Positions 26,801 to 35,866 of a stretch of DNA of 64,000 nucleotides are shown here, in pieces (within the stretch, counting starts at the first letter, position 1; each line of letters opens with the position of its first letter). Both the position numbers and the translations under genes were made by a program. This DNA comes from Schizochytrium sp. TIO01. Its lineage: Eukaryota; Protista; Bigyra: Labyrinthulomycetes. The DNA lies in the NCBI GenBank assembly GCA_004764695.1, contig SMSO01000034.1, positions 3,968,001-4,032,000 of the forward strand, read 5' to 3'. A model generated the notes under the pieces. That model did not search any database, had not been told where the DNA came from, and saw nothing but the letters and a program-made list of their open reading frames with translations.

Positions 26801-28210
26801 GCGCGAGAATTACACCGAGAAGCCCTCTCTCGTATAGATCACGACCATGATGTAGGGACTCTTGTTTTACCAATGGTGTGTGGTATTCAACTCAATGTTC
26901 TTCTGCTCCTCAGCGGAGCACTCGATGACATCGGTAAAGATACTGTCGTTCGAGACCTTGAAACCCTTGTTGCTGTTCTGATTCACTTGCATGGACAGAA
27001 CAGTAAATCTAATGATGAAATGGAAAATCAAGTCAAAGCAAGCACAATAGGCGTGGAGAATGCAGAATCTGACAAGGACAATTCAGATAACCCCGAGCCC
27101 CAGTATTGGGTGCGTCTTGTTGCTGTTGCGATTGCTACAGTAGAAGATGCACTGAAAGAACCACTCGTATATTTGTGGGAGCAATTAGCCAGGATCCCAC
27201 CAGCACCTCATCTAATCTCTCTTCATCGAGCTGCATTGCGTCTTCATGGTGTTTCCCGAAGACGTTTAGTCGTGTACAATGGGTCTTCATGGTTTGCTCT
27301 TGCCTTTGATCCCCGCCTCTCCGTAAAAGATGTGTTCAAATTATTAAGTACTTCGCCGGCCAAACCTGGGAAGTACTCAAATGTCTTTGATTCGAATGAT
27401 GGTACTTACCTGCCATCTGAAGGCAGCGGCTGGGCTGTAGATTGGAGTGGACATGTACGAAAAGACTATTCTGCAGAGAACGTTGTAAAACTTGCAAATT
27501 CACCGTTACCATCGCCTTCCTCTCAGGAAGATGTGAAGAAAAGTCTCGTTACACTCCCTCCAGCACTTCATGTATTTGCGACTTTTACGATCCGTGGAAC
27601 AGACGAGGGTCAAACATTGCTTCGCACCTTCGCTAAGACAGATGATCCAAATCGAGTCCTTCGAATCGATCTGCGTCCAGGAAAAGCGGGACAAATGCTT
27701 GATGAGCGCGGTGAACGCGCTGCGCTTGGTCCTGGTCTGGGACTAGGTAACACATTTCTTGGAGAACCACTTCATGAGGTGGCTATAGAAGAGGTGGCTT
27801 GGAAAGAAGCAATCCAAGAATACTTGGTTCTATTAATTCGATACCTTCGCGCCTGCCTCGAGCATGACATCTGGCTTCCCAAACCAAACATGCCAGAAGA
27901 TGCTAGTATGCAACAGCAAATCCTTTTCTTGAATATGGTCAATACGTTATTAGATAGCACATTATCCGAAGATGGTATTGGGCTTCGTGCGGCAGTACTG
28001 CGGCAATATGAAGAAACCGAACACCAAGAAGTTGCCAATGAGGCTTTATTACGCCTCAGTGAAGCATGCAAAAAACTTGCTGTGACTGTCCGAATGTCTT
28101 TAGAAAATAATCTCGATGACGCTCGGCGTGATGAAATTACGCAGCTTTTGCTTAAAAAGAGAGGACTCTTGCAGCAGGATCTTGAAGGAAGATGGGCTTC
28201 AAGTAGCTGA
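23882..28210 (+). CDS. Large uncharacterised alpha-helical protein (1442 aa), possibly a divergent DOCK-family protein
   Basis: Uninterrupted 4.3-kb ORF. The central region is Leu/Ala-rich and helical-repeat-like. C-terminal segments loosely resemble DHR-2 (see findings). The coding call is secure; the family call is weak. Confidence 0.85.
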   Translation: MASKNVASKLPGETGISHSLDRGNWVPARAGHFLCVDARLEAPEFNTQGDVARITAWRDDEIGTAEISGQEDAMFDAKHPASIMLSVRKNPFAFAEEDAFCDNLVLLISLEDSTSTKATDEVAVVIRFYMDEPPPPPYPGMSTAPSEMPTTSLVNFQERGYMVDSEHSSVPEWIRRRCKRGSPIKVWFLDIHTEHRLCQLREGYRDMVTLGNQRVWLRLQWSVTRSNLSRRYHRIWFMPTVDQEFLREQFMSHVEAATRPALMESREVGLLTMHSRGVVQQQQINEHRSDRTRLSMRDWALIGWQGAAEGTPADITDAIAGDGIMNSSTAALRFIAYLQAYRVAACAPQTLIWIQNLAEAEGLSLVDLLLSRPDLLVLCILILSKVTDDTLAHDPIGVSMISQDIAHVASEACLASFLEVFSRILANTLSKPPVFPAHDREASPSDRTAVVAATCTVVLALLCREAPSSDAELLRDTIDRVITLICRAQSLEVAWTGATRLFPAVLVACSPSIIARELVTLVKRSVSYTKEYVVNDDSTFSGPRVDYLLACTAHLLQQFDQAASYVWSRDILPSAEDWVQLHLIRPSIALCVEALAQAADENDRGDGFDALVSAMYTRLCAIQASSSIPTKLEVGLMDANWAVSQSWKLSYALVEVTCKRETIVCTLTLPLLQLVASELGPDSDERLGSARMTLLQSFIASVDDAQQLQIVSSLFKCLLIHISTYAGAFLSEVGIVKIVAQLVTLLLALQGDESKLVRDTWRAAFGLLVFAAQSWEESEHASWALLTIREVAMHFIQRFVEMHPSLLGSDPLRPVGSSPWFVSTLAHGLMRICTTRGVAQEIVDESIAVLNTLLVVQHGGCNETVRQVCKLAVLEQARAPRKELDRWILTMEDICVDTNLTNDLFALRALGKAMLLDTNSAALRFDAVERLVGTFVTSVWWPWAPPPVEFIQHRQISPTVDVSSDPEICLLQAARELHREALSRIDHDHDVGTLVLPMVCGIQLNVLLLLSGALDDIGKDTVVRDLETLVAVLIHLHGQNSKSNDEMENQVKASTIGVENAESDKDNSDNPEPQYWVRLVAVAIATVEDALKEPLVYLWEQLARIPPAPHLISLHRAALRLHGVSRRRLVVYNGSSWFALAFDPRLSVKDVFKLLSTSPAKPGKYSNVFDSNDGTYLPSEGSGWAVDWSGHVRKDYSAENVVKLANSPLPSPSSQEDVKKSLVTLPPALHVFATFTIRGTDEGQTLLRTFAKTDDPNRVLRIDLRPGKAGQMLDERGERAALGPGLGLGNTFLGEPLHEVAIEEVAWKEAIQEYLVLLIRYLRACLEHDIWLPKPNMPEDASMQQQILFLNMVNTLLDSTLSEDGIGLRAAVLRQYEETEHQEVANEALLRLSEACKKLAVTVRMSLENNLDDARRDEITQLLLKKRGLLQQDLEGRWASSS

Positions 28211-28549
28211 ATTGATCTACACTCTACTTCCGAATGAGGAATTGCCTGAATCTTTAGTGTATTCGAGAACTGCTATATTTTCGTTGAAGGGCATAGACTT
28301 AAGATACTGATGCAAGGACAAGCTTTAGACAGAGACTAAATAAAACGAGCGTTTAGATTTGGTTTTGATTTTTATGGGAAGATAGGAAAGTAAAAAAGGT
28401 GATGTATGTGTGCAAACGATTTGTCATGAGAAAGAAAGAGAAAAGAAGTAAATGCAAGACTTATTTCGGCAGTAGACAGGAAAAACCTTTCCACATGATC
28501 AAAGGGAGGGGTTGATTCCATGTCAAGCTAGTGAAGAGAAATTATCTGA

Positions 28550-30052
28550 TTAGATGCTGTCCTGGTCATCCGGGACACGGTAGAAGCAAACATAGTTCAT
28601 ATCGTAATCGCCGCCGCCATGGAGACGGGCAACATCCTCAGAAGTGCACCTCGAAGGCACGTCATCATCAAAAACAATCCAGGAATCCTTGGCATCATTT
28701 TGTTTGACCCAGCTCATGTAGTGACCACTATCAGAGGCACGGCCCTTGTGGGTGATAACGCCAAAGAGTTCATAGACTCCACGAAAGTCATCAGGGATAC
28801 CAATTCCAGTGTAACCTTCCGGGTCAGCACCCATAGAGAGGCGAAGGGCTGCCTGGAGGTCAGGATCATCTTCACCGTTCTCCTCAGTGTCCATTTCATC
28901 GGTGTCCGCTGCCTTATTGCGTCCACGTGCCATGAGGTCCTTCGCATGTTCACGACGCGGACCAGCAAGAAGAGCCTGAAGTTCATCGTCACAATAGTTG
29001 AAGACATCAAGAGTCATCGAGAATTTAACAGGCTTGAGAATCTTACAGTTAACACCCTCATGATCCATGGAACCAGGTGTACGCTTCCAGAAAAAGCGGT
29101 TGAACTGTACAACAAGGTACTTGGGTAGCTTGTGGATGCGGCTTGATTGTTTCCAGAGCGCATTGCGGCCAAGAATCGAAGAACGCTTCTCAAGCTCGGA
29201 TTCCATACCAAGCTTGAGACCCTCCTCAAGAGTTCCAACCTCCGCAGTGATGTTACATTGAAGGCGGCGTTGGGTATCAGATCCACGAACAACCTCCTCG
29301 TCCTCGCTCTCTACACAGCGGAGCTCAGTACTCATCTCAATATCAAAGAGCGCAGAGATCGCGTTTGACTTGTCGAGAAGAGAAAAGTTACCGGCCTTGG
29401 TGAGCTTTTGAGACAACACCTGCAGAAGTTCGTTGTAGAATTCATCCACGTCCTGTTGAGCAAAGCCTCCATGGGGGGTTCTCTGCGCAAACTGAGGAAA
29501 GGTCAGACGCATGGCCTGAACAAAATCCTGCGGCACGACCTCCTCGGTGGAGTCATCCATCTGGTGAAAGAGCTCACGGAGGTTCACAGTCATTTTGTCG
29601 CTAATGTCTGAAGAGCCTTCATTGAGAGGAGAAGTGTCAAGAGCATCGCGCAGCTCAGGAATGGCCTTGAGGCATTGCAGAGTACTGTTCATGTAGCAAG
29701 TGTTGCCAAGGTTCACAAGACCAGGAGGGTCCGCAGCAGCAACCTTCTGTTTCTCAGCTGTGGTCATGTCCTCCACAAATTTAGTCGCCTCCTCAGGAGG
29801 CTTAGGGATACCTGTGGAAGTGCCCATCATCGCCACAAGCACGCCATCTTTCCAGGGCATATCAGCCATAGCCATATCGTCCTTAAGGGTACCCTTGAAG
29901 ATTCCCTTGGCCATTACCTTCTGGCGGTCCACAGGCACGCCAGTGAGCTGGTAAATGGTTTCCTTGAAGGACTCGGAGTCCTTTTCTGTGTCAACGACGA
30001 CATCCTCGAAAGTCTGCTTATTCCACTTGAGACGCACAGAGAACTTTGTCAT
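28550..30052 (-). CDS. USP14: Ubiquitin carboxyl-terminal hydrolase 14 / Ubp6 (proteasome-associated deubiquitinase)
   Basis: N-terminal UBL (V.LKW..., LTGVPVDRQKVMAKG), Cys box GLVNLGNTCYMNSTLQCL, QQD, RFFWK, KILKPVKF, His box THKGRASDSGHYMSWVK, FDDD and LHGGGD. A UIM-like DPDLQAALRLSM is also present. Confidence 0.96.
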   Translation of the reverse strand: MTKFSVRLKWNKQTFEDVVVDTEKDSESFKETIYQLTGVPVDRQKVMAKGIFKGTLKDDMAMADMPWKDGVLVAMMGTSTGIPKPPEEATKFVEDMTTAEKQKVAAADPPGLVNLGNTCYMNSTLQCLKAIPELRDALDTSPLNEGSSDISDKMTVNLRELFHQMDDSTEEVVPQDFVQAMRLTFPQFAQRTPHGGFAQQDVDEFYNELLQVLSQKLTKAGNFSLLDKSNAISALFDIEMSTELRCVESEDEEVVRGSDTQRRLQCNITAEVGTLEEGLKLGMESELEKRSSILGRNALWKQSSRIHKLPKYLVVQFNRFFWKRTPGSMDHEGVNCKILKPVKFSMTLDVFNYCDDELQALLAGPRREHAKDLMARGRNKAADTDEMDTEENGEDDPDLQAALRLSMGADPEGYTGIGIPDDFRGVYELFGVITHKGRASDSGHYMSWVKQNDAKDSWIVFDDDVPSRCTSEDVARLHGGGDYDMNYVCFYRVPDDQDSI

Positions 30053-31574
30053 GATGCCAGCTGCGAGTTTATGGATTTGTGTGAAGAGAAGATTTAATCA
30101 GCACGATCAAGAGTAAAATAAGTTTGTGCGCTGAAGTCACAACGGAATTTATGCAAGCTGGAGTCACTGAGGCAAGCTAGCTAAATAGCTGACTGACTAA
30201 GTCGTTCGTTAATTCTTGCCAAATGGCAAGTAGAAACTATCTTGCGGTGATAAAGAAGCTCGCAAGTCCGTTGAGCACAACGACACGGGTCCGAAGATGC
30301 AAAGGAGAGTCTCGAGCAGCGCGAGGAACCAAATGCCACGGCTCTCGCAGAAGCTGCAGCGACGATTCGGGTTTGCGGATTAATCTCAGCGATTCTTAAC
30401 TTATGACGAGTTACTTATAGTTAATAACTACTTTTCGGAGATCAATTAATCTTCTTCTTCACTCTTTGTTCACAAGACTAGTTTCCTATTAGGTACCTAT
30501 TACCTGGCTATGGCACTATCCAGATGTAACGAGAAAGAAAGAAGAGAAGCTTCGCGACTATGAAATGTTCTTTGGTTTGCTGTTCTATTTTGCAAGAGCG
30601 AGAACAAATTCGTTTCAAAGGATATTCTTGGGTATGTTTGAGTAGATGGTTACATTAACGGGACGTTATGAAACGTTATAAATAGGATTAGATTTGTGAT
30701 GAAAAAAGGTTTGAACTGAATGTTTGAGAGCAGTCAGGCTTGATGTATGAAAAGGACACTAGGTTTGAACTAAACCATCAATACAGTCATAAGCCCTGCA
30801 TCTTTTACTCATAAATTGATTACTAAATTACGGTTTCCGAAGGATTATAATATTTAATTTGACAAGGCGGACCAATTCAAGCTTGCTTACTAATTCGAAT
30901 CAATATAATGATGTGCCCAACAAATACTAGTACTGTGGAGTGGCTGTGCTTTTATTGCACGTCTGGGACAATTGCTCCACAGGGTTGGGCAGGTATTGTA
31001 GCTCAAATCAAGTATTGTGCGCAAAGAAGGGTTACTAAGCTGGAAGGGCAAATTCGCCTCGTTTGTTTCGCATTGACATTTCTAGCTATCAAACTTGTCG
31101 CGCCCAAAGCAAATGCTTTGCTCTATGGTGCTGTATGACGAGGGACTAAACAGCACCTCTCTGGCAAGAAAGATTGGCAGCTGTCATTCACAAAGGGTCT
31201 GAATTATGTTATATATATGTCGTGTGCAGTGTACATATGGACTAGAAATATGCTGAAATAGCATACCTGGTGTCGTGCCCCGACCCTTTAGCAGCGCACA
31301 CTTAACGTATGTCGGAAAGCTTGCTGTCATAACTAGAAGGATGTTATAATCATCGTAAATGTCCCATGTGTACGTAGTTTATGCAATGAGACTAACGCCG
31401 TGCTCATCAACGTTTCAGCTTTCAAAGCAAATCCATTTCAATAGCAAATCCACAACCAAGCCACCACCTTTTAGACCTCATTTAAGAAGCACAGTTGTCC
31501 GCAAGTCAAAGAACACACCTCGCTAACCCAGCAGCACCAAATAGACCTGTGCATCTTGAAGACTCTAGTCGGAG

Positions 31575-32955
31575 ATGATTCGTCTTATCATCTTTGGAGT
31601 GCTGATGGGCTTTGGTAGGGCTGCAAACTGCCCAACATTAGGCAGCGCCTTATCCTCGATTGTGGATGGACTTGCTACATGTGCTGAGGCAAATACTGAT
31701 CAAATATATGACCTTTGCTCCTTTTGTTTTTCCGAGGAATTGAAAGTTTATATGGAAAACTGTGACAGCGAAAGCCTTGAAAGCTTAGCCGCAAATCTTG
31801 GTGTAACACTGAGCTCAGAAACTTGTAATACACTCCCATTTGGCTGTGAAGATAACCTCTCTGGCTCACTTGCAAGCAATGCTGCAACAGTTTGTGCACA
31901 AAAAATATTTGCTGCAGGCACTTCTCTTGAGTGCAGTGACGGCAAGCTGAATGGTATCAAACTTTCTGGCTCAGGTATTATCGGTGGGGAATCAGACATT
32001 GATTGCGGAGGTCCTTTTTGTAGTGCATGTGGGCTTGACAGGACATGTCGCCGTGACTCAGACTGTGCTATTGACGAGACATGCGAAAACCAGAGCTGCT
32101 ACAAGCCATCCGACTCGATAGAAAATGCATACATCTTTAATTGGGTCACGGTTCCTTTGCTTTGTGTAACTGCAGTCGCAACTCTGGCTCGCATTCACTT
32201 TCATGTTAAGTTTGAAGAAAAACGAAAGACAGAGATGACTAGGGAGCATGAGAGCTCACTCTACCGAGGATCAAATACAACCAAGGATATTTACACAACA
32301 ACACGAGGAACCAAGACAGTTGCAACCTCACGTGTTACATACACTCGCGCAGATCTTGGAGCAAGTCGAGCAACTGTCCCAACGACACAAGACGAAGAAG
32401 TTCCTCTTCCACCAGCGTATCTGTCATTGGATAAGGTTCTCGCTGATTGCACAGCTCGATCACAGTTCTATGCATTCTGCGAAAGTAAATTTGCTGCAGA
32501 AAACCTGCTCTTTTGGGATGCCCTTATCCAATACGAGGCGCTGTGGGAAAACCCGACGGCCTCCGATGAGGCCCGGGAGCAGGAAGCCCGTCTAATTGTG
32601 GAAACCTTTGTTTCTCATGATGGCTCCTTCAGAAGTAAACTTGGCACATAACCTTCGCTTCGAACTCAATCAGCTCTACCAACGTAGTAGAGTTCAACCA
32701 GGCAATATATTTGCCGCCGATAGCTTTGTGCCTGCCAAAATGGAAATATACAAACTCATGAATACCAACTTCTTTCGAGAGTTTTTAGAGCATGTTAAGA
32801 CCCGTAGATACTCGCCAGCACTTGCTGCTGCTGCAGAAGGTAAGCACTCTGGCAAGGATTTAGAAACCACAGCCCAGCAAAATAATCGCAGTAGTCCAAA
32901 TACTCCTCTGGAAGGGGGATACTCAACCAATGCCATAGCTCATGAAGAAGTTTAA
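31575..32955 (+). CDS. Type-I membrane protein: signal peptide, Cys-rich ectodomain, single TM, cytoplasmic RGS domain (about 459 aa after correcting one frameshift)
   Basis: Signal peptide MIRLIIFGVLMGFGRAA. Cys-rich region including CSDGKLNG...ESDIDCGGPFCSAC. TM YIFNWVTVPLLCVTAVATLA followed by basic residues. RGS signature LDKVL...FYAFCESKFAAENLLFW...ARLIVETFV, completed after removing one G at 32622-32623 by DAPSEVNL...FVPAKMEIYKLMNTNFFREFL. Confidence 0.85.
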
Positions 32956-33107
32956 ACTATAAACAGTCATCCGAATTTATGGAAATAGAAGTGCAAATTC
33001 AAGAATTAGATAAACCCAAGAAGAAGAAGACAGCATTTAAAAGCAAGGCGCAAGGTTTTTGACCCTAAGATCGTATAGAACATGATGAAAATAGTCACAA
33101 GCATAGT

Positions 33108-33977
33108 CTACTTCTCTCCAGCAGGAGCAGCGGCGGCAGGGGCAGGGGCAGGGGCAGGGGTTGAATCGGGTGCTGGTGCTGAAGGTGCGAACGGGTTCTT
33201 GAAGATCTCACGAAACTGCATACGTGCACGGTCTACAGCAGAGCCCCAGGTGTCCAGAGCAGGGCGTGCATCGAGGTACATGGAGACGACCTCGCCAGGG
33301 TTGCCTGTAGAGGCGCCCTGGTAAAAGTCAATAATGTAGCGGACCTCAGTACCGCAGCGGTCTACAATCCAATCATGACGATCAAAGGGCTTGGCATAAC
33401 CAAACCAGGATCGAACAGTTGCCTTAGGGCTAAGGTTCTTGGGTTTGCCCATGAACCTCACAAGACGCGGGCAGTCGCACTCCTGAGCATGCATGGACTC
33501 CCACTTAAGGACCTCGCTCCAAGCCCTGTCGTTGACGTGATTGTGAATTGCGAGCACGATCCGCATGTCCTCTTCGCGTGGTTCCCAACCCTTGCGCTTC
33601 ATGGCGTTAAAAAATTGTTGCTCTGAAGGGTACATCCAAGAGCTGCTCTCTTTGGCATTCTTCTGGTGTTCTGGAGTGAACTCGCCCTTGGGGATCACGG
33701 ATTCGACGCGGTGCGTCGAAAGGTTGTACCGTTGACCTGGCCACGGCTTTTGCTCCGCAGTTTTCGGCATCATATTCCGATCATCGAGAGCCACACCGTT
33801 TTCAGCAAGGCCTTCTCCGGAGGGAGAAGTGCCCTGGGCTTGAGCAGCGTTCTCGGCACTTCGGCTTTGAGCAGCAGCCTCAAGAAAGGCCTCGCGGGCT
33901 CGAGACTCGTGCGGAATTGGGCACTGGCCTGCCTCGGGTGCAGCAGAGCCACCATGGTCTACAGGACAGCCCCCCAT
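33108..33977 (-). CDS. HCCS: Holocytochrome c synthase (cytochrome c/c1 heme lyase)
   Basis: N-terminal CPV/CPI heme motifs. Conserved blocks LSTHRVESVIP, WMYPSEQQFFNAMKRKGW, IHNHVNDRAW, LSPKA, PFDRHDWIVDRCG.EVRYIIDFY, LDARPALD. Confidence 0.97.
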   Translation of the reverse strand: MGGCPVDHGGSAAPEAGQCPIPHESRAREAFLEAAAQSRSAENAAQAQGTSPSGEGLAENGVALDDRNMMPKTAEQKPWPGQRYNLSTHRVESVIPKGEFTPEHQKNAKESSSWMYPSEQQFFNAMKRKGWEPREEDMRIVLAIHNHVNDRAWSEVLKWESMHAQECDCPRLVRFMGKPKNLSPKATVRSWFGYAKPFDRHDWIVDRCGTEVRYIIDFYQGASTGNPGEVVSMYLDARPALDTWGSAVDRARMQFREIFKNPFAPSAPAPDSTPAPAPAPAAAAPAGEK

Positions 33978-35866
33978 TTGGAGATTTAATAAAGCGCGAC
34001 TTGGCTCGGCTCAAGGGATCCGGATCGAGTTTGGTTTGTTGGGGATTTGCTTTAACTTGGTTGTGGAGAGGAGGAGGCTAGGTTTCCAAGACGAAGCAAG
34101 ATGCGGATCCTACCAAGAACTTGGTAAGTATGCAGAGGAGGGTAAAGTACGGGGTAAAATCAGATCTTCTGGGCAGTGACTTGAAGTCTAACTCCCCTTG
34201 CGAGTTGTTGCTCGCTCCGCTTTGCTCCGAAGCACGAATGTGCAGAGACGTCCTGATGAATTAATTAATCAAAATAGTACATTAGGAACTCCTATGTACT
34301 ACTACCTACATACTGCAGGGAATGGGCTGTGGCCAGTCGAAGGGGTCAATACATAATTTGTATCAGGTTAAAAATGACAAAATGCACTGCCTCCGTAGAA
34401 AAGCAAGACCTCACAACACAATGCGAGTGAGATGGGCATAGGGGGAGCTTTTTTAGCGAAAGGCAGCTACAAATTGAAGTCAAAGTACTCTAAGGGGTAC
34501 ATGAAAGCTTGACATAGAGATTAGAAGCCTGAGAGGTGAAAATAAGTTTGAGGAACGTGCTTTTGAGTACACAGGGGATAAACGAGCTCTGCAAGTTTCC
34601 CTGGGCTAAGAATTTACAAACTAGTGCATGCTTGAATCCCTTCTCTTTGAAAGGCAGAGTAAAAAGCTTTAAACTTAAGAGCATTTGCTAAACCACATGA
34701 ATATAAACAATTACTTGCTTTGATACAATAAATAGTTTTTCTGAGTATGGGATGCAGAAGATTTTCTTTCCACTAGCATCTTGAATCACATCGGTTTTAT
34801 CAGTCTATTTAGACCTTCCTAAATTTGTCATGTAAACCATAGTATATTCATTTCAAGAAGCTTGAATGCTTTCAATCTTCATCATTCGACTTCAAACTTA
34901 GACCATTTACTAAGAAAAAATAGCTCATCAAATATCTGCTTTGTTTTTAAAATTAAAACTACATTCCTATTTTTGCATCTCCTTGATGTATAAGTTTGTG
35001 ATTCGTCTCGCTTCCTGTCTCCAGGCGGTCCCAATCAAGTCTTTATCCAGCAACCTTTCGTGATACCAAAGAGCTGTCGGATTAATATTTGAGGCTTTCT
35101 GTTTTGCCGATTATCCGATGAATGAGTCCAAGATCAAAAAATCAAACTTGAAAATTGACACAATTAGTAAGAGGGGAAATCGAGAAAGCTCTATTGCTAT
35201 TATTCCCTCAAATCCCTTCAATCTTTACTTGCCGAGATACAATGGCAGCAATGCTTACGACATTGTGTTTCGGTCTCTTGCCTCTCAAATTTGCGCTGAG
35301 TCTTAAACAAATCCACAAAGATAAAAGAATTGAAAGAAACGAGATTATAATACAGGGTCCTAACAATCTACTAAGAGAAAGAGACAGCAAACTATTTTAC
35401 AGATAAGTAGCTGCCACGCGGCAAAACAGGTCCACGTGCAAAGCGGTGGCGCCGTTTCTCGTGAGTCCCGTGATACGGTGGTCTCATTCAGGCTGCTAGA
35501 TACTCCTGGCTCGCTAACGAATAACGCTTCGGCGACTCTGCGTGAGGTTCTGACGCCGTAGGGAATCAAGACTAGATTGGCCTGAAGCTTGGCTGTGCTC
35601 CTTGGTTTGCATTTCGCTGTGAGCGTAGCGCTCCACCATAAGGATCTTGATATCTTCTCGCAGCTCTGCCGAGGTTTGCCCAAACCATATCACTAATCTT
35701 CATATTTAAAGTTTGCTCCCTCACCGTCAAAAGTTTAATCTCTGCGTAGGACCAAGAACAGCTTCAGCTGTGGGTCTTGCTGAGATTCGAGCGGTTGCAG
35801 CTGAGATACTCTGCACTTTAATAACTGAGTTTTTGCCTAATCAACGACACTGTTCAATTTTACATC

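Noticed and set aside
28619-30097. Plus-strand ORFs opposite USP14, and likewise 59832-60446 opposite 14-3-3 and 33082-33989 opposite HCCS
   Set aside because: Antisense shadow ORFs produced by the GC3-biased codon usage of the real genes.
32598-32632. A tiny intron as an explanation for the RGS frameshift
   Set aside because: The candidate GT..AG spans (23 and 35 nt) do not restore the frame and would delete conserved RGS residues.
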